From positions 30,788 to 94,787 of the IMG/VR virus record IMGVR_UViG_3300023242_000004: a DNA stretch of 64,000 nt. One strand, written 5' to 3'. Under the pieces are notes generated by a model. The model did no database searches and was not told where the DNA came from. It saw nothing but the letters and a program-made list of their open reading frames with translations. Below, piece by piece: positions 29,076 to 38,639 of the stretch; position 1 is the stretch's first letter, and every line of letters starts with the position of its first letter. This DNA comes from a virus. Both the position numbers and the translations under genes were made by a program.

Positions 29076-29080
29076 AAAGA

Positions 29081-30655
29081 TTAAAATATTTCTAATACAT
29101 CAGTCTCAACTAAATCTTTAGCTAACACATATCCTCTATTTTTTGTGAATATTTGGTGTTCTGGTGTGCAAATAATATGTTTACCAGTTTCCTCATCAGT
29201 TATCTTTAAAACATCAGCTGACTCATTCATTAAGGCAGCATTTGTTATCTTTTTATATTCTGGTTTATTTGTTTCAATATTATAACTTAATACTTCTATA
29301 CCGTGTTCTACATTAAAATCGTTAACAACATCGGAAATATTAAAATCAACTTCCTTACCATGATATTTTGTTTTAATAATTGTTTTACCATCAACACACA
29401 AATTACTAGAGTGAATCATACCAATATTTTTTTGGTTGGATTTCTCATTAACGTGGTCTTTAAAGCACATATATGGCATACCAGTTTCAATTTGTGATTC
29501 CAAAATTTTAAGCCATAAATCATGTGCTTTAATTTTAGTACCAATACCCATCTCTACGGCCTTATTATATTCTTCCTCATACTCTTTACCATAAATCTCA
29601 TAAAATGGCTTTAAACCAGCTTCTTTTATGTCGTTTGGGCAGAATAAATACCAAGCATCATTTGTTTCAACAGCTCTCATAAAATTATTTGGAATCCATA
29701 GTGCTGAAAATAAGTCACGAGCCCTTAAAGTATCATCACCTGTCTTTTTTCTTATATCTAAAACGTCGAAAACATCTTTATGCCATGGTTCAATATAAAC
29801 AGCACAAGAGCCAGGTCTTTTACCTCTTTGGTTCCAGAATCTAAGTGTTTCATTAACAACTTTAAGGTATTTTAAAATACCACCAGCTTTTCCGTTTGAA
29901 TTACCCACATTACTTTCTTTTGAACGAATATTTGAAATAGCTAAACCTATACCTTCTGCTTTTGATGATGATATAGCAATTCTACCTAGGATATCTAATA
30001 ACCCTTCTGTTGAATCATCTGGAACAATCGATAAATTACATGAGGCAATTTGACCAATTGTTGTTCCTATGTTCATTTTTATAGGCGTTGCTGGGCTTTC
30101 TTTTTGATTACTTATGTAATTGTATTTTTCAATAAAATCTTCAGCGTTTTCTGTCACCATAAGAGCGACCCTAACATACATTTGTTGTGGTCTTTCTACT
30201 ATCACGCCATCTTTTGTTTTTAAAAGATATATGTCTTTAAGAGAACACCAACCAAAATAATCAAAATTAAAATCTCTAGAATAATCGATTGTTGATTCGA
30301 TTAACTCTATATTTTCTTTAACTTTATTAAAATACACATCATTCAATAAACCTAAATTATACATTTTTTTTATTGCCTTCATGAACGAGTCATCGGTTTC
30401 TTTATGTAATTTAGTTATGGATATATTTGCAGCCAATTTTGAATAGTCTGGATGATTCATAGCTAATGATTCAGATACGACTGAAATCAAATCATCTAAC
30501 TCATTTGTTGTCATATCATCAGCAATACCTTGCGTAACCTTTATAAACACCTCGTCAGCGTTAACTTTTAACCCTTCGGATTGTTTTTTTATTCTGGTAA
30601 GAATTTTATTTGGGTTAAAATCTATTTTATTACCGTTTCTTTTTATTACTTGCAT
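29081..30655 (-). CDS. nrdA: RNR class Ia alpha subunit, part 1 (ATP cone + N-extein + IntN-1)
   Basis: VIKRNG ATP cone, ERPQQM, SPATP, ASC, QRGKRPG, ETGMPY, HSSNL|CVDGKT. Confidence 0.95.
   Translation of the reverse strand: MQVIKRNGNKIDFNPNKILTRIKKQSEGLKVNADEVFIKVTQGIADDMTTNELDDLISVVSESLAMNHPDYSKLAANISITKLHKETDDSFMKAIKKMYNLGLLNDVYFNKVKENIELIESTIDYSRDFNFDYFGWCSLKDIYLLKTKDGVIVERPQQMYVRVALMVTENAEDFIEKYNYISNQKESPATPIKMNIGTTIGQIASCNLSIVPDDSTEGLLDILGRIAISSSKAEGIGLAISNIRSKESNVGNSNGKAGGILKYLKVVNETLRFWNQRGKRPGSCAVYIEPWHKDVFDVLDIRKKTGDDTLRARDLFSALWIPNNFMRAVETNDAWYLFCPNDIKEAGLKPFYEIYGKEYEEEYNKAVEMGIGTKIKAHDLWLKILESQIETGMPYMCFKDHVNEKSNQKNIGMIHSSNLCVDGKTIIKTKYHGKEVDFNISDVVNDFNVEHGIEVLSYNIETNKPEYKKITNAALMNESADVLKITDEETGKHIICTPEHQIFTKNRGYVLAKDLVETDVLEIF
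29084..29398 (-). other. Split intein 1, N-half (105 aa), NrdA-2/NrdJ-1-like
   Basis: Cys1 and block B ICTPEHQIFTKNRGYV, ending at a stop codon. Confidence 0.92.
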
Positions 30656-30672
30656 ACTTTTATTTATTAATG

Positions 30673-31626
30673 TTAAATTTCTTCATCAAATGAGATTGGC
30701 CCACTTAAATCAGCTGATTTATATTCCGTTGAACGACCCTCGAAAAAATTTGCCTTTGTTTTTAAAGCAATTTGATTCATAAACTCAAAAGGGTTTTTAC
30801 TATTAAATTCTTTATCGCACTCTAATTGTTGTAATAAACCATCAACAACAAACTCTAAATATTGTTTCATAACATTAGAGTTCATACCAATAAGCGAAAC
30901 TGGTAATGATTCAGTAATAAATTCTTTCTCAATCTCTAAAGCAGATAAGAAAATTTCTTTGATTCTTTCTTTAGATGGTTTATCAACTATATGATTATTT
31001 AATAAATGAATAGCAAAATCAGCATGCATAGCTTCATCTCTAGAAATGAACGTATTTGAATCACATAAACCTGGCATTAAACCTCTAGATTTTAAATAAA
31101 AAATACTACAGAAAGAACCAGAAAAGAAAATACCCTCCACAGCAACAAACGCTATTAATCTCTCAACAAAAGATTCAGATTCAATCCATTTTAACGCCCA
31201 TTCAGCTTTTTTCTTAACTGGTGGCATGTATTCAATAGCGTTAAAACATTCTTGTCTTTCTTTAGTATCTTTAATGTATGTATCGATAAGTAAAGAATAC
31301 ATTTGACTATGGATATTTTCCATCATAATTTGAAAACCGTAAAAAAACTTTGCTTCGGTGTATTGAACCTCATTTAAGAAATTTATAGCTAGATTTTCGT
31401 TCACTATACCGTCACTGGCAGCAAAGAAGGCTAACACGTTTTTAACGAAAAATCTTTCTTTTTCAGTTAGTTTATTGTTCCAGTGGTCAATGTCTTTAGA
31501 TAAATCAACTTCTTGAGTTGTCCACATAGCACTTAATTGTGTTTCATACAAATCCCAAATATCTTGGTGTTCAATAGGAAAAAGCACAAATCTGTTTGGG
31601 TTGTTAATTAATATTGGTTCGTTCAT
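30673..31626 (-). CDS. nrdB: RNR class Ia beta subunit
   Basis: [42 protein letters not shown]. Confidence 0.96.
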   Translation of the reverse strand: MNEPILINNPNRFVLFPIEHQDIWDLYETQLSAMWTTQEVDLSKDIDHWNNKLTEKERFFVKNVLAFFAASDGIVNENLAINFLNEVQYTEAKFFYGFQIMMENIHSQMYSLLIDTYIKDTKERQECFNAIEYMPPVKKKAEWALKWIESESFVERLIAFVAVEGIFFSGSFCSIFYLKSRGLMPGLCDSNTFISRDEAMHADFAIHLLNNHIVDKPSKERIKEIFLSALEIEKEFITESLPVSLIGMNSNVMKQYLEFVVDGLLQQLECDKEFNSKNPFEFMNQIALKTKANFFEGRSTEYKSADLSGPISFDEEI

Positions 31627-31661
31627 TTTTTTATTAAATTATTATTTTATTTTATTTTGTA

Positions 31662-32150
31662 TTATTGTTGAGTTGGGCTATTTAATATAGTGTTTCTGTT
31701 TTGAGCGGCCGCTAATACTGTATTAACTCTGTTTTGGTTTACTTCGTCTTTATCCATCTTATGTTCCGTTTGACTTCTAGCGCCTTTACTTTTACCCATA
31801 TCTATTTGAATTTTTGCGTTATCAAATCTTATATCTTGAAAGATAATACCATCTTTACCAAATCTAGATTTAAGTATCGCCATTGTCGCAGTACCAGCTT
31901 CTTTTTGGTCTAAGTTTTTCGCTATAGACACAATAAAGTGACCAATTTGACCTTTTTTAATTGAACCACCTATTTGGTTAGCTTCAACCACATCAGCCGA
32001 AATAGAGCTGTTGTGTGTGTAAATATCGTTACCATAAAACATATGTGTGTCTTCTACGGTGATATCAATAGTGTCTTCCTCACCAATTAACTCAATTGAT
32101 TCGATTTCATCCAAATCAAAATTACTTAAATCTAAATTGTGTTTTACCAT
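31662..32150 (-). CDS. DnaB/gp41 helicase, part 2 (IntC + C-extein; likely start MVKHN, 32150)
   Basis: EEDTIDITVEDTHMFYGNDIYTHN|SSISADVV...ILKSRFG. Confidence 0.9.
   Translation of the reverse strand: MVKHNLDLSNFDLDEIESIELIGEEDTIDITVEDTHMFYGNDIYTHNSSISADVVEANQIGGSIKKGQIGHFIVSIAKNLDQKEAGTATMAILKSRFGKDGIIFQDIRFDNAKIQIDMGKSKGARSQTEHKMDKDEVNQNRVNTVLAAAQNRNTILNSPTQQ
32010..32150 (-). other. Split intein 3, C-half (gp41-8-like, acidic)
   Basis: DEIESIELIGEEDTIDITV...THN followed by Ser+1. Confidence 0.9.
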
Positions 32151-32155
32151 TTTTT

Positions 32156-33277
32156 TTATTTTAAAAAGTTTAAACATTTCTCTAATGTTTTTTCTTTATT
32201 TATTTTGTATTCACTTTCTTTAATCCTTAATATTTTATAACCCTTACCAATTAAAAACTCATCTCTTACCATATCTTTAGATTTTTGTTCTGGTTTAGAA
32301 TGCCAATAATCACCATCAAACTCAATTATTTTATCACCACATTTGAAATCGACAAGTATAGTAAAAATATTTTTTATGTTAACGTAGAAATACTCTTCAC
32401 CATTTAATTCCGCAAATTTAACATTAATTTTATCAATATCTGTTAATTTATTAAATAATAACCAAAATAATTCCTGTGATATCTTACTATAATAGACACC
32501 ACTTCTAAATTGTTTATCTAAAAACTCAATAAATTTTATTTTACCAACTTTACAACCATATCTATCGATAAATGATTGTAATGACGTTTTTGACATAGTG
32601 GTACAATATTCTAACCATTTAACTTTACCATGTTTATCACCATATAAATCAATAAAATATTTTTCACTAAATCGATATTTTTGTTGGTTGTTACGTTTTA
32701 TCCATTTTTGATAACCAACTTTAACCCCATCTCTATCTTGATATTCAACTAAAGTTCTACCATTTCTATATGGTTTAATTTTCCTACGTTCTTTTTGGGT
32801 CTCAATTTTCTTAGTTAAACGTTCTTGCCATTTTTTAGTACCTTCAGTCTCACCATATCTTTCAATGCAAGCTTCAAATCCCCAAGGTGTTTTTGAATTA
32901 ACTAAATATTCAGTATATTTATTAACCCCATCTTCTTTACCATATTTTTTAATATAACCATCTAACGTATGTGCAAATTTAACATATAATTCTGATTTAA
33001 CCAATTCAACATTTTCTTTACCATACCTAATTTCTAAAGCATATTCAGAAGCGATATCATTTTTTAAAACGTTGATGATGATATTAAGTCTTTCTAACCA
33101 ATCACCATCAACATTAAATTTAATAAAATCATGTATATTTTTCATTCTATTCTTAATTCTTACATTATCGTAAACTTCTAATATTTTACTTATTTCAGTC
33201 TTTTGACATTCTGTAACTTTAGAAATATCAATATCCCCAAATATTTTTCTACTTAATAATTTTTCTATAGTTATCAT
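32156..33277 (-). CDS. Free-standing Vsr-like (DUF559-type) homing endonuclease with N-terminal repeats
   Basis: Repeats (K/R)YGxxxGxxK(W/Y); C-terminal VDF..IIEFDGDYWH...KD..RD...GYKILRIKE. Confidence 0.85.
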   Translation of the reverse strand: MITIEKLLSRKIFGDIDISKVTECQKTEISKILEVYDNVRIKNRMKNIHDFIKFNVDGDWLERLNIIINVLKNDIASEYALEIRYGKENVELVKSELYVKFAHTLDGYIKKYGKEDGVNKYTEYLVNSKTPWGFEACIERYGETEGTKKWQERLTKKIETQKERRKIKPYRNGRTLVEYQDRDGVKVGYQKWIKRNNQQKYRFSEKYFIDLYGDKHGKVKWLEYCTTMSKTSLQSFIDRYGCKVGKIKFIEFLDKQFRSGVYYSKISQELFWLLFNKLTDIDKINVKFAELNGEEYFYVNIKNIFTILVDFKCGDKIIEFDGDYWHSKPEQKSKDMVRDEFLIGKGYKILRIKESEYKINKEKTLEKCLNFLK

Positions 33278-33280
33278 ATC

Positions 33281-33302
33281 TTTTCATATAAATATATGAA
33301 AA
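33281..33302 (-). promoter_or_regulatory. Hairpin containing the TATTTATA motif, 3 nt before the endonuclease ATG
   Basis: TTTTCATATA-TT-TATATGAAAA. Confidence 0.7.
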
Positions 33303-33336
33303 TCACATAAAAAGTAAACAGCAATAGAAAAAAAAA

Positions 33337-34665
33337 TTATTTTTTGGTTAATAAACTATCACCAACTGTTAACCCACTCTCAATAGATAAAAACTTACCA
33401 TCAGAAGTTGGGAAAAAATGTTTTTTAGCTACTTTAATTTCCTTACCCGATTTTAATTTAATTTTATAAACTGGTTGTTTCGCAATAGGGAAAATATGTG
33501 ATATTGTTTTATATCCATCATGAGTCAAAATTTCGTCACCTAATACAGCATCTTTTATCTCAATAAGTCCATTATTTTTCGTAACTATCTTAGTATCAAG
33601 TGAAACACATCTATTACCTTGAACAGCCGTCCATCCAGCTATATCTAGTTCAGATAAAAGCGTTTCAAATTGTCGCATAACACTACCCTCACCAGCGTTA
33701 ATATCATCAAATTTTTTCGATGGTTCGACACAATCAATATAATCCAATAAAATTATATCTGGTCTAAAACCTTGTGCTATCAACTTTCTAATATATTGTC
33801 TAATCATTGGAATTGTAGTACCATCGCTAGAAAACTTTTTAAGTTTAAGATTTTCATGAGGTAATTTTGCAGCAATTTCAAATATTTCTTCTTTGTGTAA
33901 ACTTAAACTATTTAGTTCATACCCAGAAGAACAAGCTAAATGTTTTCTTTGGATAACTTTTGGGTTGTCTTCGAAAAATATTTGTAAAACTTTATAACCA
34001 TCTGCCATTGCGGTGTTAGCTAATTTTGTAATCATGGTTGTTTTTCCAACACCGAATGGTGCTAATATTACAGCTAACTCACCTCTGGATAACCCACCAT
34101 CCATGACTTCATCTAAACCTTTTATCCCAGTAGCAATTGGTTTTCTAAAATCATCAACTAAAACATGTTCTATACCATCAAAAACGTTAAAACCATCATC
34201 TTTAGCATCACCATGCTCAAGTGCTTTTCTTATAATAGCTTCAACTTGTTCGTAATCTTCAAGGTTACCTCGTTCGATGATTTTATTAACTTGCATCATC
34301 GATTTTCTCATTTCTTGTTGTTTACAAAACCTCATCGCCATATCTTGGACTTTCAAGGTATCGTTCAAATCAGCTTCTTGAACTTTACGTAGTTGGCTGA
34401 TAACGTATTTTCTTTGGTATTCGTCCTTAACATCTTCTAGTAACCTGAATTCAAGACTACCAACATCTGGGACAATATCATCGGTAACCTTTGCATCTTT
34501 TATTGTTGCAACTATTACTCGTAAATACTGGTCTTCAAAGTAGTTTGGGTCAACGATATCTAATATAGAATTTGCAAACTTTCTATCCGTTAAAAATTGC
34601 GCTATAAGCCTTAATTGGTAGTCGTGTCCTAAATAACCAAAACTATTTTTATCTATTTTTGTCAT
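33337..34665 (-). CDS. DnaB/gp41 replicative helicase, part 1 (N-extein + IntN)
   Basis: Walker A APFGVGKTT, Walker B ILLDYID, WTAVQGNR|CVSLDT. Confidence 0.93.
   Translation of the reverse strand: MTKIDKNSFGYLGHDYQLRLIAQFLTDRKFANSILDIVDPNYFEDQYLRVIVATIKDAKVTDDIVPDVGSLEFRLLEDVKDEYQRKYVISQLRKVQEADLNDTLKVQDMAMRFCKQQEMRKSMMQVNKIIERGNLEDYEQVEAIIRKALEHGDAKDDGFNVFDGIEHVLVDDFRKPIATGIKGLDEVMDGGLSRGELAVILAPFGVGKTTMITKLANTAMADGYKVLQIFFEDNPKVIQRKHLACSSGYELNSLSLHKEEIFEIAAKLPHENLKLKKFSSDGTTIPMIRQYIRKLIAQGFRPDIILLDYIDCVEPSKKFDDINAGEGSVMRQFETLLSELDIAGWTAVQGNRCVSLDTKIVTKNNGLIEIKDAVLGDEILTHDGYKTISHIFPIAKQPVYKIKLKSGKEIKVAKKHFFPTSDGKFLSIESGLTVGDSLLTKK
33340..33609 (-). other. Split intein 3, N-half (90 aa, gp41-8-like, basic)
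   Basis: CVSLDT...KQPVYKIKLKSGKEIKVAKKHFFPT. Confidence 0.9.
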
Positions 34666-34717
34666 TAAAAATTTCTATTTTTTCACTTGTGTTATAATAA
34701 ATATCTAATAATAATTA

Positions 34718-35194
34718 TTAAACTGTCACCAGTGAATAATTTTTTCTACTAGTTGTTTGTCTAATCTCAGACATAATTTCTGGGATAACTTCTCTAATAT
34801 CAACATTAACTCTAGGGTTTAAAGTAAAAAATTCGTTTGAGAATTGTGTTGCGACAACAACTCTTTTATCGACCTTAAATTCAAATTGAAACTCGTCACC
34901 TTTTTTGGCTGGTGCCCTATACGATTCATCTGTTTGAACAAAGTATGGGTTATAATTTTCCCAAAGGTACTGGATTGATTTTCTTTTTAAATATTTAGGT
35001 ATAATACCTGACGTACCAGCAATTTCATCAATCATTTCTTTAATATCTAAAGAATTGATAGAGTCCTCATTAAAATCAAAAATATGGAAATATCTTTGAC
35101 AAACGATATTATTGTTAACATAAAGTACGAATTCAAATCTTTGTTCTTCGATTTTCTTTGTAATTGGTGCGGTTGTTTTTTCTTTTGCGTTCAT
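34718..35194 (-). CDS. Hypothetical protein
   Basis: 158-aa ORF in the replication operon. Confidence 0.65.
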   Translation of the reverse strand: MNAKEKTTAPITKKIEEQRFEFVLYVNNNIVCQRYFHIFDFNEDSINSLDIKEMIDEIAGTSGIIPKYLKRKSIQYLWENYNPYFVQTDESYRAPAKKGDEFQFEFKVDKRVVVATQFSNEFFTLNPRVNVDIREVIPEIMSEIRQTTSRKNYSLVTV

Positions 35195-35206
35195 ATAATT
35201 TTTTTT

Positions 35207-36259
35207 TTAAAATATTAGTTTTTCTCTAGCTATTAAGTTTTTAAAGGGTAAAAGATATTCTGGATACCTGTGTTCACCTATAGCTTTATCTATCCCATCT
35301 CTTTTCATGTATATTAGAACGTTTTTTAAGTCTCTACCCGATGAGTCTAGGGTACCGTCAATTAACTCTTCTAAATTTTTTATACCATCTTCGGTCATCA
35401 TAGGTTTTCTTAGGTTAACTAATCTTTCGTTTATTTCGTAAACTTTTTCACCTTGTACACCTTCAGTAACAGCATTGATAATGTTATCTAACACTTTAAG
35501 TGGTTTTTTCTTATCGATTAATCTTTGTTCTTGTTGTTTTTTTGCATTTTCTAAAATTTCGGTTAAAATTACTTTTCTTTGCGTCAATACTGGAAATAAT
35601 GTTGTGAGTGTTGTTTCACCTAGACCTTTTATACCCTTGATACTATCACTTGAATCACCAGTCATTGTTTTTACCAACGCTGCATTTTCATAATAATAAC
35701 AAAAGTACGAAGAAAAGTTGGCATTATCAACATATTTCTTCAAATCTAGAAAATAAACTTTAACATTATCTTGGATTAACTGTGCCATATCCCTATCATT
35801 AGTCATAATAGTTATTTTCTCGTTTTCTTTTTTTGTTAAACAATAGTAGGCTATGAAGTCGTCACCCTCAATTATCTCATCTTTTAATTGTCTAACATAC
35901 ATTTCATTTAAATATTCCCAAACAATTTCTCTTTGTCTTAATTCCGACTCATCAATAGGTTGGGTGCCGTTTTTATAATCCTTACCTCTACCGCTTTTGT
36001 ATGGTTCGTAAATTTCATATCTTAATTTACCACTAAACTTACCATCCCAAAAAACATAGACTCTATGATATAAATCATTATCTAATACCATTCTAAGTGT
36101 AGTGAGGAATTGATAGATGCCACCTACATGATTACCATGTTGGTTATATTGACTTTTGGCCCCGAAAAACCCTGTCTTAAACAAGGCGTTTCCGTCTACC
36201 AACAATGTATTTTGTATTTTTAAAGTAATTTCACCATTACGTGGTGGTCTTTTGTTCAT
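35207..36259 (-). CDS. 5'-3' exonuclease / flap endonuclease (T4 RNase H-like)
   Basis: LLVDGN, VFWDG, YKSGR, EGDDFIA, TNDRD, GDSSDSIKGIKGLG (H3TH). Confidence 0.92.
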   Translation of the reverse strand: MNKRPPRNGEITLKIQNTLLVDGNALFKTGFFGAKSQYNQHGNHVGGIYQFLTTLRMVLDNDLYHRVYVFWDGKFSGKLRYEIYEPYKSGRGKDYKNGTQPIDESELRQREIVWEYLNEMYVRQLKDEIIEGDDFIAYYCLTKKENEKITIMTNDRDMAQLIQDNVKVYFLDLKKYVDNANFSSYFCYYYENAALVKTMTGDSSDSIKGIKGLGETTLTTLFPVLTQRKVILTEILENAKKQQEQRLIDKKKPLKVLDNIINAVTEGVQGEKVYEINERLVNLRKPMMTEDGIKNLEELIDGTLDSSGRDLKNVLIYMKRDGIDKAIGEHRYPEYLLPFKNLIAREKLIF

Positions 36260-36290
36260 ATTAGAACATTTAAAGAGTTAATAAATAGAT

Positions 36291-37403
36291 TTAATCTTTT
36301 TCGTATGCATCAGCTTCTAAAGCAATTTCTTTAACATCGAAATCGTCAAATGATGTTCCTAACTTTTGGTTAATAAAATCTTTGTTTGCTTTAACATAAT
36401 CGTTTTTTTCAGTTGGGTTCACAAACCCATGTGGTGTTGAACAAATAGAACCCATTTGTTCGATTCCATTTACGTGATTTTTAACACATTTGATATCGGT
36501 CATAACACCAAATTGGTAACTTCTACCAGCGTTTACTGCATCCAATTTTTTTGCTGAAGATGTTGTCATACCACCCATGTGAAAAATAAGTCTAACACCA
36601 TATTTGAAACCTTCACCACCATTATGCATAACAGTTGGTTGACCTACAGCATTTGGTCTTAACCAGATTTTTTGCACAGCAACAAACGTATTTATAAAAG
36701 GAGCATCTTCTCTTCTAGAAGCTGGAATTCTAAAGTTTAGAATTGATTCAAAAGCTCTTTTTAACGCACCAGCGGTCCATTGGTTGTTGTTTGTATTTGA
36801 CACAGCACCTTCATAGCAACCAATAGAACCAATTGAGTCCCAAAGGAACGTAATGTTTTTATTTAACTCACCTCTCATTTGCTTATCCATAAGTTCATTC
36901 ATTGCACGTGCAACATCTTCAACGACTGGAATGTAACGTTTTGGTTCTGTTGTCAGCTTACCAGATTTGTAGTCAAAATTTTGATACATATTAACCAAAT
37001 CCATTCCACCTAAATAAAGAAAGTCTTCACCTTCATAATCAATCACCTCACCAGTTTCTTCATCACAAACTTCAGTATACTTAAACCCAACTAATCGTGC
37101 GTGTTCCCAACTAAAACTTCCTTCTGTATCAAATATTACAATATAGTCACCCAATTTTTGAGCACCAGAAATTGTCTCATAAATACTAGTTGATTTACCC
37201 ACATCCGAGAAACCTCTAAATTGTGAGGTATAACCACGTGGAACACCTGGTAGGCCTACGGCATCGTGGAACGCTTTTTTAAAGGGAATCCACGCTAATT
37301 CTTTTTCTTTAACAATTTGACCACCTAAACCTAATGACGCTTTCATAGTTTTATTATCGAATTCTTTTTTTTCAATTGTTTTTTTTTGTGGTTTTGTCGC
37401 CAT
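36291..37403 (-). CDS. RecA/UvsX-like recombinase
   Basis: Walker A GFSDVGKST, IFDTEGS, FLWDSIG, GGEGFKY, VKNHV. Confidence 0.88.
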   Translation of the reverse strand: MATKPQKKTIEKKEFDNKTMKASLGLGGQIVKEKELAWIPFKKAFHDAVGLPGVPRGYTSQFRGFSDVGKSTSIYETISGAQKLGDYIVIFDTEGSFSWEHARLVGFKYTEVCDEETGEVIDYEGEDFLYLGGMDLVNMYQNFDYKSGKLTTEPKRYIPVVEDVARAMNELMDKQMRGELNKNITFLWDSIGSIGCYEGAVSNTNNNQWTAGALKRAFESILNFRIPASRREDAPFINTFVAVQKIWLRPNAVGQPTVMHNGGEGFKYGVRLIFHMGGMTTSSAKKLDAVNAGRSYQFGVMTDIKCVKNHVNGIEQMGSICSTPHGFVNPTEKNDYVKANKDFINQKLGTSFDDFDVKEIALEADAYEKD

Positions 37404-37438
37404 TTCTTATAAGATTTATTTATTTGTTATTTTAGAAC

Positions 37439-37467
37439 AAAAAAGAGGCAATTCCTCACCTCTTTTT
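37439..37467. terminator. Terminator-like hairpin after ssb
   Basis: AAAAAGAGG-10nt-CCTCTTTTT. Confidence 0.65.
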
Positions 37468-37485
37468 GTTTTGTTTAATTTCAAA

Positions 37486-38373
37486 TTAGAAAGGTAAGTC
37501 ATCTTCTTCTTCAGTAGGAGCAGTTTTAACAGTCTCAGCAACTTTTAAGTTAGCTTTGATATTTTCAACACCCATTGTTAACTCGGCCTCTAAAGTAGCG
37601 TTAGGGTTTTCAGTAGTTAAAGCTTCTCTATCAACAAATTTTTTCTCTTCTTTATCCCACACTGGAACCCCGCCTTTAACTATAATTTCTAAGTAATCAT
37701 AAGTTCTTACCGAATAAACGTCTTCCCATACTCTAGAATCAGACAACCACAAGTCTGTTAATTCTTGGTCTTCTGATAACGTAGAAGGGTCAAGTGAAGC
37801 AACAGCCGACACAACTGGGATGTTATTCATGTTTCTGTTAATAGTCAATAATAAATCACGACCATTTTCTGCGTTTGTAACATCTTTTTTGATTGCATTA
37901 AGAACACCAATGATTTTATCATAGATACCCTCTTTACGATAATCATGATTAAATCTCCAGAATTTAACACCTTCGTCTTCGTGTTCTCTGTCAATTACTT
38001 TAACCACATACATCTTGCGTGCATTGTATTTTTTAGCTAGTTCTTTATCAGAATCTTTACCTGTTGATAATAGAGCCTCACGAGCTTCACAAAAAGGACA
38101 AGCCTCACCTTTTTCATGTTTTAAACATGCGAATGTTTTCCATTCACCATCCACTTGAACTTTGTGTGTGTGTACTTCCACAAACGGTGTAGAACCATTA
38201 GTTGTTGGAAGAATTCTAATTTGTTTAGTCGCTGATTTAACACCTTCTTTAATGTAAGTGTTAAAATAGTTTTTAAGGTCATAAACCTTGGCTTCAGTTT
38301 TTACTGGTCTTGGAGCGTTGTTTTTCTCATACTGCGCAAGCATAGCGTCTAATGAGTTGTTTTCTTTAGTCAT
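37486..38373 (-). CDS. Single-stranded DNA-binding protein (gp32-like)
   Basis: IRILP, H...C..(x7)..CPFC Zn site, GVKFWRF, GRDL, acidic tail EEEDDLPF. Confidence 0.85.
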   Translation of the reverse strand: MTKENNSLDAMLAQYEKNNAPRPVKTEAKVYDLKNYFNTYIKEGVKSATKQIRILPTTNGSTPFVEVHTHKVQVDGEWKTFACLKHEKGEACPFCEAREALLSTGKDSDKELAKKYNARKMYVVKVIDREHEDEGVKFWRFNHDYRKEGIYDKIIGVLNAIKKDVTNAENGRDLLLTINRNMNNIPVVSAVASLDPSTLSEDQELTDLWLSDSRVWEDVYSVRTYDYLEIIVKGGVPVWDKEEKKFVDREALTTENPNATLEAELTMGVENIKANLKVAETVKTAPTEEEDDLPF

Positions 38374-38426
38374 TTTTTTGTTTGTTTTATATATTTACGT
38401 TATTTATTTTCTTTTAAATTGTTATA

Positions 38427-38565
38427 CAAATATAGTAACTTTTAGTTTAAAAGTCAATAGATTTTCAACATAAGTTAAGGTATATTGTTAAATTATTTTT
38501 ATAAATAATTTAACCATAGCAACATAATTACGTACAAAGATACGAAGACTTTGCTGTATATGCAA
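38427..38565 (-). promoter_or_regulatory. Tandem Bacteroidota-type promoters plus TATTTATA upstream of ssb
   Basis: TATATTTG 38434-38427 with TTGAC about 38457; TATCTTTG 38542-38535 with TTG about 38565; TATTTATA 38507-38500. Confidence 0.6.
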
Positions 38566-38594
38566 CAAAAAAATAACATTTATCGTTATAAAAC

Positions 38595-38621
38595 AAAAAG
38601 ACCCTAAAATAGGGTCTTTTT
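38595..38621. terminator. Rho-independent terminator
   Basis: AAAAAGACCCTA-aaa-TAGGGTCTTTTT. Confidence 0.8.
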
Positions 38622-38639
38622 AAATATATTTATTTTGTT

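Noticed and set aside
26928-29080. Group I introns interrupting nrdA
   Set aside because: The breaks are bounded by protein-splicing motifs (Cys1, TxxH, HN|C/S), and the non-coding gaps are too short for a ribozyme core.
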